Virus record (IMG/VR): IMGVR_UViG_3300020020_000032
Location: 1-59,881 of that record
Origin: a virus
Lineage: Duplodnaviria > Caudoviricetes
Reading direction: 5' to 3' (one strand)
Length of the DNA: 59,881 nucleotides
Below the pieces are notes generated by a model. It did no database searches, was not told the origin of the DNA, and was given only the letters and a program-made list of their open reading frames with translations. The position numbers were made by a program, and so were the translations under genes. Numbering within the stretch: the stretch's first letter is position 1; the number at the start of each line of letters is the position of its first letter. Shown here one piece after another: positions 30,007 to 38,858 of the stretch.

Positions 30007-30543
30007 TTGCGTAAGCTGGCGATACTAACTACCGCCATAGCTATTGTGACGATAGGATCAACACCAGCCCAAGCGAGTGTAGCTGAACTAGTTAGATGTT
30101 CTACAAAGCACAAAGTTAGCACTCACCTTTGGTGTGCTAAAACAAACATAAGACATGGAAAACAACTTCTCAGATTTTTACGTAACAATGAAAAAGCCGG
30201 AACAGTCAAATCACGCAAATCTGTCCGGCGATCAGGGAAGTATCTAGTACGCTACGGAAGTCGTCACTTACGACTGGCCATCACAAGATCACGTCCCCCT
30301 CATTATGCGGGATGGATCTGTATACATAATCTAGAAGGAAGTTGGGACGACGACGGTGCACCATACTACGGCGGATTACAAATGTCGGAAGGATGGATGG
30401 GCGTAGTGCATCATGCCAACCACCTATCATCTATTGAACAAATGTGGCTCGCTGAAAGAGTATCGGCCAGATACGGCTTCTCGTATTCGTTCATGAAAGG
30501 TCAATGGCCTAATACGTTTCCACCATGTGCTAACTACTTCTAG
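30007..30543 (+). CDS. Secreted Rpf-like (lysozyme-fold) transglycosylase
   Basis: Signal peptide ending AQA; W.CI..LEGSW....PYYGGLQM...EQM.LAE...QWP..C; AAGGAG RBS. Confidence 0.8.
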   Translation: MRKLAILTTAIAIVTIGSTPAQASVAELVRCSTKHKVSTHLWCAKTNIRHGKQLLRFLRNNEKAGTVKSRKSVRRSGKYLVRYGSRHLRLAITRSRPPHYAGWICIHNLEGSWDDDGAPYYGGLQMSEGWMGVVHHANHLSSIEQMWLAERVSARYGFSYSFMKGQWPNTFPPCANYF

Positions 30544-30559
30544 GAAGGGAGGTGATACA

Positions 30560-30679
30560 ATGGGTGAACAACCTGCGCCAGAGATTCCACCAACAGAACC
30601 ACCGCCAAAGGACAATGATCCTGTTAATCCTACTGGCCCTGGGGATAGTGAAGAAACACCGGAGCCAGAGGACGACTAG
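30560..30679 (+). CDS. 39-aa acidic Pro-rich micro-protein (not in the ORF track)
   Basis: Strong GGAGGTGA RBS; MGEQPAPEIPPTEPPPKDND... Confidence 0.6.
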   Translation: MGEQPAPEIPPTEPPPKDNDPVNPTGPGDSEETPEPEDD

Positions 30680-30687
30680 TTAGAAAA

Positions 30688-30740
30688 CTTAGGGGGCTGA
30701 GCAAAGTGGGGAGAGAGTACCACAGCGCCAGCCCCCTAAG
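30688..30740. terminator. Bidirectional terminator between the convergent genome arms
   Basis: CTTAGGGGGCTG / CAGCCCCCTAAG 12-bp stem with T-rich tails on both strands. Confidence 0.8.
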
Positions 30741-30751
30741 ACTTTAAACGT

Positions 30752-30973
30752 TTAGGGCTTGTCTTTTGGTGCGCCCACACCGAGAGTTGGCTCTAGACTA
30801 GTAAATGTTCCCAGACCCACGTAAGACATAAACAGTGTGTATCCTGCGTTGGTAGCGATTATCAATACGTCTGTGTCAATATCAGCAACCAGTACGGCGG
30901 TCGCAAGACTCGCTATAAAACCGCCAAGACCTACGGCAAAAGCTCGTAGTCCTATTCTGAGATATGGGTTCAT
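30752..30973 (-). CDS. 2-TM membrane protein, holin-like
   Basis: Starts MNPYLRIG (30973); two hydrophobic segments. Confidence 0.5.
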   Translation of the reverse strand: MNPYLRIGLRAFAVGLGGFIASLATAVLVADIDTDVLIIATNAGYTLFMSYVGLGTFTSLEPTLGVGAPKDKP

Positions 30974-31218
30974 TAGATAACCTCGAATCCTAGATGTAGA
31001 GTTAGGTAGATTGAAGCTGGATTGATTAGTGCAATTACCAGACCAGTCCATAGCAGGACTGTGTTGGTTACACAGCGATGCTTCCACTTCCTGATGTACG
31101 ACGAATACGTCGGTGTTGTATCGTCCTCGTCGAAGGCGTTTTTGAAGTCAATAACGATGAATACTATTACTGCCGTTATGACGAACGCCCACAGTAAAGT
31201 GTAGAACAGTAGCCACAT
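30973..31218 (-). CDS. 2-TM membrane protein
   Basis: AAAGGAG RBS; two hydrophobic segments. Confidence 0.6.
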   Translation of the reverse strand: MWLLFYTLLWAFVITAVIVFIVIDFKNAFDEDDTTPTYSSYIRKWKHRCVTNTVLLWTGLVIALINPASIYLTLHLGFEVI

Positions 31219-31230
31219 GCTCTCTCCTTT

Positions 31231-31611
31231 CTAAACTACAGCTTGTGTCGCTTGCTTGCCTAGCTCCAATCGACCCTTTACCACCGTATTAATAGTTCCG
31301 TCAGCCTCTCTCACTTGAACATCGTACTGTAGCCACTTACCATCGTAGGTGTTGGTATCTGACGAAAGGAGAGTAATCTGTACTCTCCCGGCAGTAGCAG
31401 GAGCCAGGATAGTTACCTGGGTTGGGTTAGCGGTGCTATCCTTTTTAATGATGGCATCCGCGTCGTCGTCGTGGCTTGTCCTTTTTGCTGTAAACCATGC
31501 CTTACCACCCGTAAGGTCTACCTCAACGTCCAGTCCTGTTTCGGGATCGAACCTAGTGACAGGCACAATCCACGAGGCACTATCACCTTTTGTCATTTGG
31601 ATGTCTCTCAT
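31231..31611 (-). CDS. BppU N-terminal-like tail adaptor domain protein
   Basis: KGD...VDLTG...FTAK...G.V.I.L...DT...YDVQV....T..KG. Confidence 0.7.
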   Translation of the reverse strand: MRDIQMTKGDSASWIVPVTRFDPETGLDVEVDLTGGKAWFTAKRTSHDDDADAIIKKDSTANPTQVTILAPATAGRVQITLLSSDTNTYDGKWLQYDVQVREADGTINTVVKGRLELGKQATQAVV

Positions 31612-32507
31612 GGGATTTTAATCAACTCTCCTTTTGTTTCTACGATTGTGATGATGCCTCTAGCTTTAGGTCTAGCAGTAATCGTGCCGGTTACCTTTCC
31701 AGTACTGAATTTCGGCTCTCTGTCTTGCTGGTCTTCCCACTTACCCGTGTCGCTGCTGAATTTTACAACCTGATCCTCGGTAGTCTTATCACCGAAGTCA
31801 GTCCACGTACCCGTTTCTGTTGCGCTGAGTACAGCGACTAGCGTGGCTTGCTCGCTACCACTACCAGCATCACTGAGCGCGTACTTGATGCTGTAGCCTT
31901 CACTACATGAACCAGTCTGTGAGTTGGTGATGTTAACTGTTAGGGCATTTGCATCGCTACTTGAACCAGTATCGCTGGTGTTGACAGGCACCGATATCTG
32001 AGAAGTCTCACCAGTTAGTGAACCACTATCGGCACTAGTATAAACAGCTTTTAGTACGTTGTTGTCAGTTTCCGTTCCAGTATCTGAATTGCTAAGTGCG
32101 ACTACTAGTGTGGTATTTTCTGCGTCACTTCCACTATCACTTCCTGGGATAGTGGCAATTAATGTAGCTGTATCAGCACCACTTCCTGTTTCAGTTCCAT
32201 TAACTGGTACAGTGATCTGTTGATTCTCGGTGGTCGTACCATTGGTGTCTGCACTAGATAGAGCGGCGGTGAGAGTTTGGTTGTTTACTCCACTACCTGT
32301 GTCGGTCTGTGTCGGTAGAACGACTACTAGAGTAGTAGCCTCAGCACCAACACCAACATCGCTAGTTGGAATTAGGGCTACAAGTGTAGTCGTGCCTTCT
32401 GTACCGCTGCCTGTGTCGGAACTGTTCTTTTGGATCGTGGTAACAGTCTCTGCTATACCAGCATAGACCAGTACCTTCGGCTTGATTGCTCTACCTAATC
32501 TAGCCAT
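31608..32507 (-). CDS. Ser/Thr-rich repetitive tail fibre/shaft protein
   Basis: Repeats of about 18-19 aa (SDTGSG.E...L.V); N-terminus MARLGR. Confidence 0.7.
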   Translation of the reverse strand: MARLGRAIKPKVLVYAGIAETVTTIQKNSSDTGSGTEGTTTLVALIPTSDVGVGAEATTLVVVLPTQTDTGSGVNNQTLTAALSSADTNGTTTENQQITVPVNGTETGSGADTATLIATIPGSDSGSDAENTTLVVALSNSDTGTETDNNVLKAVYTSADSGSLTGETSQISVPVNTSDTGSSSDANALTVNITNSQTGSCSEGYSIKYALSDAGSGSEQATLVAVLSATETGTWTDFGDKTTEDQVVKFSSDTGKWEDQQDREPKFSTGKVTGTITARPKARGIITIVETKGELIKIP

Positions 32508-32654
32508 TTACCAACGTGACTTTCTCTGCACAGCATCGCTGTATACGTGTTGATTCTTTATAGGCTGTGCAGCAGGAGGTGGAGCAGGCTTGAAAAATCC
32601 ATGCCTGGTGATAATCAAACCAGCACGTTTCTTGCGTCCATGTCTAGCGGGCAT
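32508..32654 (-). CDS. 48-aa micro-protein MPARHGR...PPP...YSDAVQRKSRW (not in the ORF track)
   Basis: Exactly fills the gap, with TAATG coupling upstream and an abutting start downstream; shares terminal motifs with both neighbours. Confidence 0.75.
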   Translation of the reverse strand: MPARHGRKKRAGLIITRHGFFKPAPPPAAQPIKNQHVYSDAVQRKSRW

Positions 32655-33886
32655 TAGTGACGACTCGCTCTGTGGACAGCATCACTGTAAATGCGTGGTT
32701 GGGGCTTCGGTACAAAAGGTCCGGCAGTTACGGGTAAGTAAATCCAGTCAATCCTAACTTGTGCTACTGCCACAACACGAGTAGCTGCTGTGCGCTTGCC
32801 AATCTCCACTTGTGGTGAAACAGAGCGATCAGTTATAGTTGGCGATTGTATTAGAGTACGTCCATTGATCCAGTTCGTAGGCCAAGTACCGGAAGCTGCG
32901 TTGGGATCAAAGCTTGCTTCCGATGTACCTGGGTGTCCGTCACCTGTAATAATCTGATGCGTACAACTTGTAGTTGATGTGGCTGAATCGAGTCCGTGAG
33001 TAGTGATAAGCTGAGTCGCCAGAATTGTGTCGTCAGCATCGATACCGAGCGCATCGGCAGATTGTAAGTCAAAAACAACATTTTCTGTCGTTGTTGAAAT
33101 TGCGTTTTTGACCTGTCTATCAGCTACGCCCGCACCAGCGACCGGAGCAATTCCAACCGGAGGTTGATTGTCTACCGACTGGAAAAGGTTCGTTGTCGTA
33201 TCATCCGAATCTTCCCATCCAGCATCACGCGAAACATCTGAGGTTGGGAACGAAGAAACAATTTTTGGTTGGTCGAGTCTAGTGTTTAGAGGAGCAGACC
33301 CTTGATCGTCAAGAATATAAATGTCGTCAAAGTCCATATTCACCGATGTACCATAAGCAGCCTGCGGACCGAAATCCCAGTTATTTGCGAGTGCAGCTGA
33401 GTATTCTGTGGCAAGCTGCTGACCGAACGAAACACCATCCAGCCAACCTTGAATGTCCTCGGTTAGTGTCGTACTTACATTGAGCATTAATTCAATGTAG
33501 TACCATTGATTAACGGTCAGCACACCCGAAGTTCCGATGGTTACGCTGGTACGCAATTCAAGTTGTCTACTTGTGTTGACTCTAATCGTCGCGCTGCTAT
33601 TACTGAAAATATTGACAGCAGTGGTTGGACTAGCTGAAATTCTAAAAGCGCAGCCCATCCAGTACCGACGACCATCAACATGGGTAACTGAAAATCGGTT
33701 TACCGACTGAGCGTTTGCAGCAGCCCGCAAATGCCGCGTTCCAGATCGAGCACCGGAAGTTTGAATTGCGCCTGCCGTACCGAGCAAGGTCAAAGCACCT
33801 GCGTTAGCTGGCCCTCCCTCAGCCGCGTGGGAAGCTGTAACAGGCGCAGCCCCCGATTCAAACCCGCAAACGGCAAGTAAACTCAT
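32654..33886 (-). CDS. tail appendage / receptor-binding protein (ConA/LamG-like N-terminal domain)
   Basis: GFESG...NQWYYIE...W.DG...DFDDIYI.D; C-terminus YSDAVHRASRH. Confidence 0.65.
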   Translation of the reverse strand: MSLLAVCGFESGAAPVTASHAAEGGPANAGALTLLGTAGAIQTSGARSGTRHLRAAANAQSVNRFSVTHVDGRRYWMGCAFRISASPTTAVNIFSNSSATIRVNTSRQLELRTSVTIGTSGVLTVNQWYYIELMLNVSTTLTEDIQGWLDGVSFGQQLATEYSAALANNWDFGPQAAYGTSVNMDFDDIYILDDQGSAPLNTRLDQPKIVSSFPTSDVSRDAGWEDSDDTTTNLFQSVDNQPPVGIAPVAGAGVADRQVKNAISTTTENVVFDLQSADALGIDADDTILATQLITTHGLDSATSTTSCTHQIITGDGHPGTSEASFDPNAASGTWPTNWINGRTLIQSPTITDRSVSPQVEIGKRTAATRVVAVAQVRIDWIYLPVTAGPFVPKPQPRIYSDAVHRASRH

Positions 33887-33887
33887 T

Positions 33888-35123
33888 TCAGCAAGTCCCG
33901 TGTGATACGCATTGATCTAGGATATGCAGGTGTGTCCAAACACTAGAAGGCACGTTGTCCCACTTGCCGACGTAGTAGCCCTGATAGAGCGCCCAACCGT
34001 TAGCTTGTGCCCACCCAACTAGTGGATCAACACGACCAAAGCTTGTGTATGTAAGCGGTGATTCAAAGTGGATATCGAACCCTGGGCCACCCGTGTCACC
34101 CATGAAAGCTCCGTAATTATGCAACGCTTTGAGCATCACCTTTTGCCAATTGTGAATCAGCAATGCATCTATTTCTGTGTCAGTCAAATCTAGCCAAAGA
34201 TGCGAACCCATCGGTGGAGCATTGGTAGAACTGCCACAAGGCGATCCACTTTTAGTTGCTGGATAAACGAAGCTACCACTGTCACAAGAAAGAATCAAGA
34301 ATAGACCGTGACCAATGTTTTCCGAGATTACCTCTTGTGCTCGCATGATACCTGCGAGATTACCCCATTCAGCAGCGACAGCCTCACCAGTACCAAGACC
34401 GTCACCAGTGATATCTGTTCTTCCTCCCCAACCTATATTGATTGTGCCGCCACCTGCGGGAAGTGGAGTTTGTGTTTCATAGAAATCCCACTCCCAATTG
34501 TTCCACTGTTCAACCACAGTCATATGACCATCGTTACTCGTGGGTGGAGCAAGTGCAGCTTGTGGAATACGTACCTGCAATCCTTCAACTGAGCAAGTGC
34601 CCCAAGGAAGATTACAATGAACCGTATATAGAGGATCAGTCGGATCAGACCAATAGGTCGGGTGCTCGAAGTCTGCTGAGCGACCTACTCCTGCCGTCAA
34701 ATTATCAATATACGGTGAGAACTCGGTAAGGATGCGATTGACAATTCCCTCCGAATTAGCAGCGAACGCAGGATTAGCTGGAACCACTTTATTGAATGGA
34801 CTAGTTGCAGAATACGGTTTCCATGTGCCTGGTGGATAACGTCCCGCATTTGAGGAGTAGGGCCATTCGATAGGTGGGGGTGGTGGTGGTGGAGATGGTG
34901 GTGGAGGAGGTGATGGATTAGGCTCAGTTTCACAGAGAAGCCCATTGGTATTGTTAAAGGTTGTTTGGATTTGGCTCTTGTTCAACTTCCCCGGAATAAA
35001 AATCAGCGATCTAAGCTGATCGCGATTGGTTATACAAGCTGTATGAATTGGATCGTGATTAGCCATAGCCGCACCAGCTATACCCAATAATAGAATAACC
35101 ACAAATGCTGCAACTAGTTTCAC
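33888..35123 (-). CDS. Signal-peptide and poly-Pro protein, paralog of 35134-36234
   Basis: AAGGAG RBS before GTG 35123; MKLVAAFVVILLLGIAGAAMA; DGH..V...E.D; I.H.L; PP.G...L; AL..YG....DTG. Confidence 0.75.
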   Translation of the reverse strand: MKLVAAFVVILLLGIAGAAMANHDPIHTACITNRDQLRSLIFIPGKLNKSQIQTTFNNTNGLLCETEPNPSPPPPPSPPPPPPPIEWPYSSNAGRYPPGTWKPYSATSPFNKVVPANPAFAANSEGIVNRILTEFSPYIDNLTAGVGRSADFEHPTYWSDPTDPLYTVHCNLPWGTCSVEGLQVRIPQAALAPPTSNDGHMTVVEQWNNWEWDFYETQTPLPAGGGTINIGWGGRTDITGDGLGTGEAVAAEWGNLAGIMRAQEVISENIGHGLFLILSCDSGSFVYPATKSGSPCGSSTNAPPMGSHLWLDLTDTEIDALLIHNWQKVMLKALHNYGAFMGDTGGPGFDIHFESPLTYTSFGRVDPLVGWAQANGWALYQGYYVGKWDNVPSSVWTHLHILDQCVSHGTC

Positions 35124-35133
35124 AGTAGTCTCC

Positions 35134-36234
35134 TTAGTGGTTGGCTGAGTCTGTCCAATCCAGAACACGCAATTCACTAGACCATGTTACAACCGTGCGT
35201 ATGTCCCAAAGATAAATATCGTCAGTTCCATTGTAGGTCATCGCAGGACTTGTGCCAGCTGCCCAAACTCGCCAAGGATCTACACCTGTCAAAGAATATT
35301 GACTCATCCCACTCCAAGTCTTAAGACCCCATGAACCAGTACCAGTATCAAAAACGTACATACCGTATTCACGCAAGGCTGTCAGCAATACCTTGTTCCA
35401 CCAACGACCCGTAGAATTCGATACGTCAGATATGGCATCAATCTCAGACTGGCTCATATCTAATTGAAATCTAGCCCCGCAAGGAGGCGCGTTAGTGGGA
35501 TCTGTCTGGCCAGCTTGTCCAACTGCGGGAGCGACGATATTACCGTCAGTTGATTTGACTACCATAAACAAAGCATGATTGATTCTACGTGCATACATCT
35601 CACTAGGCCAAGGGCATCCGTACATCGAAGATGTGCCAGCAGCCGTAGCTGTACCACCACCTCCTAGTCTTACACCATCCGAAATCATGTGATGCTTGGA
35701 TAGACCAGTTCCGTAGAAAACACCGCCACCGCCGGGAAGCGAAGTTAAGGGTGTAGTACCAGCCTGATCCGAAAAACAATCGTAAATGAACCATTCAGTA
35801 CCGTCAGGCTGCACAACCGCAAAATGTCCATCAGCACCACCAGCAGGTTTAGCACTCTGTGGACAGCGAAAAAGTGGTCCAGCTGAGGTAGTCCAGAACG
35901 GACAAGAATTACCTCCTGTTCGCATTCTGACTTCAAAGATTGGATCAGTGTCAGAGGCGAAGTATGTTGGGTGATTGAAACTAGGAAAGGTTTGTGCGCT
36001 ACTAGAGTCTTGTGCGACAAGCAGTTGTGAGGGATTTCCCCATCCAGTCACCTTAGACACGATACTCGCAGAGTTGGCATGAATCGAGGGATTTCCAGAA
36101 GAACCATCGTGAGTACCGGGAATGGGTTTGTACATGCTTGATTGGGAGTACGGTCGCCAATTAGCCGGAGGTAGCACAAGACCACTACGTAATCTACGTA
36201 GTGGTTCCATAGTTGATCTTCTGACTGTTCTCAT
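35134..36234 (-). CDS. putative tail-associated enzyme, paralog of 33888-35123
   Basis: Same W.PYS, HPTY, DGH..VV, INHALF, NAPP.G, AL..YG...DTG motifs; no signal peptide. Confidence 0.7.
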   Translation of the reverse strand: MRTVRRSTMEPLRRLRSGLVLPPANWRPYSQSSMYKPIPGTHDGSSGNPSIHANSASIVSKVTGWGNPSQLLVAQDSSSAQTFPSFNHPTYFASDTDPIFEVRMRTGGNSCPFWTTSAGPLFRCPQSAKPAGGADGHFAVVQPDGTEWFIYDCFSDQAGTTPLTSLPGGGGVFYGTGLSKHHMISDGVRLGGGGTATAAGTSSMYGCPWPSEMYARRINHALFMVVKSTDGNIVAPAVGQAGQTDPTNAPPCGARFQLDMSQSEIDAISDVSNSTGRWWNKVLLTALREYGMYVFDTGTGSWGLKTWSGMSQYSLTGVDPWRVWAAGTSPAMTYNGTDDIYLWDIRTVVTWSSELRVLDWTDSANH

Positions 36235-36674
36235 GTGGCCAAGTAAGTGAAGGTCACTCCCTCACCGTTTGTGATGGCATCAATGTAAATCTTCTGCACG
36301 TCGTCAATTACCAGAGTTATTGACTCACCAGGAGACAGAGCTATACCTTGTCTTGTAGCCAAAGCTGCCACGACGTTAACATCACCGACTACAACTACGT
36401 TGGTGTTATCAAGTTCTGCCTGGATCGTTACCTCAAGACACGGAGTTGACGATGCCACTAGTTGTACCTCTGTACCGCTGGTTGTTACTGTCTTCCTGCC
36501 AGTACCAATTGAGCCTGCTGTGCGTCTGGTTGGGAAGGGGTTTGCTACAGAAACAGAAGTAGCCGAATCATCGGCGCCATATGCGACCTTCACCTTTTGA
36601 TAGTGAATACCGCCAACATCATCTGTAGCGACGTTTGTGCCCGATCCAGCAGTGATTGGAACATTGTCAGCCAT
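36231..36674 (-). CDS. virion appendage protein (MADNVPIT..ATDD..G..YQ.VK N-terminus plus small beta-sandwich)
   Basis: N-terminal motif typical of phage fibre adaptor proteins; GI.L.PGES. Confidence 0.6.
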   Translation of the reverse strand: MADNVPITAGSGTNVATDDVGGIHYQKVKVAYGADDSATSVSVANPFPTRRTAGSIGTGRKTVTTSGTEVQLVASSTPCLEVTIQAELDNTNVVVVGDVNVVAALATRQGIALSPGESITLVIDDVQKIYIDAITNGEGVTFTYLAT

Positions 36675-36754
36675 TACCTTCTCCTGGATCTTAGAATTCT
36701 ATTGTTGGGTGGCGGTGGGGGTTCTCCACCGCTGTTGAACAACAACAACAGCAT
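36674..36754 (-). CDS. 26-aa micro-ORF MLLLLFNSGGEPPPPPNNRILRSRRR (not in the ORF track)
   Basis: Fills the gap: starts 2 nt after the upstream stop and ends in a TAATG overlap. Confidence 0.65.
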   Translation of the reverse strand: MLLLLFNSGGEPPPPPNNRILRSRRR

Positions 36755-36756
36755 TG

Positions 36757-37236
36757 TTACACTCTTGCCCATCTTGACCAAACACGATAGTTGACAGCGG
36801 CACCACCAGAAGGAACAGTAGCCCGAATTACGAAACCTTCGGCTACTGCGAAGTCTGGTGACTCTCCTAGTGGGTGGTCTTTCTCGTAATAGAACTTGTA
36901 TGGGTCCATATCACCAGGACGCAAAACAACTAGAGCAGTAGGTTCGGCTGTCCAGTTTTTAGCGGCAGCAAACGTTTCAGCAATACGTGGGCCACTCTCC
37001 TGATCTACCGTAACGGCTGTGCTGTTTGTACCTGGCGCGTTGGTTGCAAACGTGCATGAACATAGCTCAATCAATACAGGCTTCTCGGAAGCAGTTACTC
37101 CATCCATAGCTATCATCAAGCCCAATAGATCAATGGCGTGTCCTGCATCCGCCTTAACTCCAAAGATACTTTTAGCTGTAGCAGCAGCAGCAGCCGCAAC
37201 CACACCTTCTGTATCAGCAACATAGATTGCTCTCAT
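36757..37236 (-). CDS. virion beta-sandwich adaptor-like protein
   Basis: 159 aa, Ala/Thr/Val-rich, in the appendage block. Confidence 0.6.
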   Translation of the reverse strand: MRAIYVADTEGVVAAAAAATAKSIFGVKADAGHAIDLLGLMIAMDGVTASEKPVLIELCSCTFATNAPGTNSTAVTVDQESGPRIAETFAAAKNWTAEPTALVVLRPGDMDPYKFYYEKDHPLGESPDFAVAEGFVIRATVPSGGAAVNYRVWSRWARV

Positions 37237-37413
37237 TTAGCTCCCCACCTCACCTTCGGCTTCAACAATCTTATAATGTGACTTCTTTGCACTCTTGATA
37301 TGTTCTAGATCATGATTCATCTGTGCTTCTGCTTCTTCCCTAGTCAAGTATGGAAATCGACGAGGCTCAGTAGGATCACCACTTCCTGTGTCATGCACGA
37401 GATAGTAAACCAT
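37237..37413 (-). CDS. 58-aa hypothetical protein (not in the ORF track)
   Basis: GGAG RBS; MVYYLVHDTG...; fills the gap. Confidence 0.6.
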   Translation of the reverse strand: MVYYLVHDTGSGDPTEPRRFPYLTREEAEAQMNHDLEHIKSAKKSHYKIVEAEGEVGS

Positions 37414-37422
37414 TATGCTCCC

Positions 37423-37974
37423 TTACGATAGTGTTAGCGTTCCTGTCAGAGTCCACGTTCCGGTTGCTTTCGTACCAAGCGAAGCAACCTTGCGATTGAG
37501 CATTGGCGCAACAACTGTGGTTGTGTTGGTTGAGCCGTTGTCAACTCCCCACTCGTTCCAAATGAAGTTGGCCTCACCAGAAGTGAAGTCAGACTGGAAC
37601 GTGACAACCTGCGTAGCCCTGGAGGGGAACGTAGCATTCATCAGCTTGAACTGCCTATTGCCCGCGCCTGCGGCAGCCTGTAGGTCGGTCTGTGTAGCGA
37701 CCTCAGCAGTAGCAGAGTTACCGACTCCAAGACGTGTGTTGGCGTTGTTGAATGCTTGACCACCAGCACCAATCAGTAGATCCTCTAGTCTCTGGATACC
37801 TGCGTTAAGCAGCAAGTTACCAGGAACCACCTCAATCTCCTCAGGCTTGATACCGAGGGTCAGTAGTTCAAAGGACGGCACAGGAGTAAGCTTAGGTAGC
37901 CACAACTTTTTACGCGCGAACTCACAAGCTTCCTCTGACCACTTCTCACATACCCACTCAGTGAAGTGGTGCAT
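37423..37974 (-). CDS. virion structural protein (tail fibre base / collar type)
   Basis: GNLLLNAG...LGVG...TDL...F...EANF.WNEWG...NRKV..LGTK...W. Confidence 0.7.
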   Translation of the reverse strand: MHHFTEWVCEKWSEEACEFARKKLWLPKLTPVPSFELLTLGIKPEEIEVVPGNLLLNAGIQRLEDLLIGAGGQAFNNANTRLGVGNSATAEVATQTDLQAAAGAGNRQFKLMNATFPSRATQVVTFQSDFTSGEANFIWNEWGVDNGSTNTTTVVAPMLNRKVASLGTKATGTWTLTGTLTLS

Positions 37975-38228
37975 TAGTTTGAATCACCTGCCTTTCCGTC
38001 ATCTGTCGCATTTACATGTACTTTATCATCTAGTGGATCATTAGCGGCGATGTTTTCGTAGTCTGGGTGGATAGGATCATCCATCTTGCCTATAGCCTTA
38101 GTTTTTAGTAGATGTCTAATTTGAACTTCACCCTGTCCCGCATCTTTTAATTCCTTTTCTGTAATCTTTGCTCCTGGCTCCTTCCTGTTGTCTGGTGGCA
38201 AATTGATAACTGCTAGAGCTTTGTACAT
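37974..38228 (-). CDS. hypothetical protein
   Basis: GGAGG RBS; 84 aa. Confidence 0.65.
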   Translation of the reverse strand: MYKALAVINLPPDNRKEPGAKITEKELKDAGQGEVQIRHLLKTKAIGKMDDPIHPDYENIAANDPLDDKVHVNATDDGKAGDSN

Positions 38229-38246
38229 GCTTACCTCCCTTTAGTG

Positions 38247-38858
38247 TCAATCAGTTCCAACAATCATACACAAGTATCCAGTTCCTGCTGAGGGAATTCG
38301 CACAAGTGTTATGGTACAAGGTGTGGGCCAAACAACACCAGCTGGTCCTTGCACACCCTGTAGTCCTTGTGCTCCACGTGGACCTTGTGAGCCACGTGCT
38401 CCCTGAGCACCTTGTTTACCTTGTTTGCCTTGTTTGCCTTGTTTGCCTTGCGGCCCCTGTTTTCCATTTGTGCCTCGTGCACCTTGTGAACCCCTTGGGC
38501 CTTGTGAACCTTTTGGGCCACGTGGACCACTTCTGCCCACATTACCAGACTTTCCCTTTGGTCCGATAACAGTAAGCTTAGTGAAGATGCCCTCACTAAT
38601 TTTAGCAAGTTTAGCATCAAGCCTTGCGACATTGATCCTTGGTTCTAAAATTATTCCTTTGGCCATCTTTCGACACTGATTGCGGGTACGACCTTGACTA
38701 CGACAACCGACATAAAATCGAACGTATGAAGTTCGAGCTGACGCACTGATATAGTTTTCCAGATTCCTATTGTTTCGCCAGCTGGTATAGCCGAGTAATA
38801 CCAGCATTATAGCGAGAATGGCAACGCCCATGAACTCAAGTACCCTCTTCGGGATCAT
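38247..38858 (-). CDS. membrane-anchored collagen-like protein
   Basis: N-terminal TM helix; long Gly-X-Y run; C-terminal Cys pair. Confidence 0.8.
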   Translation of the reverse strand: MIPKRVLEFMGVAILAIMLVLLGYTSWRNNRNLENYISASARTSYVRFYVGCRSQGRTRNQCRKMAKGIILEPRINVARLDAKLAKISEGIFTKLTVIGPKGKSGNVGRSGPRGPKGSQGPRGSQGARGTNGKQGPQGKQGKQGKQGKQGAQGARGSQGPRGAQGLQGVQGPAGVVWPTPCTITLVRIPSAGTGYLCMIVGTD

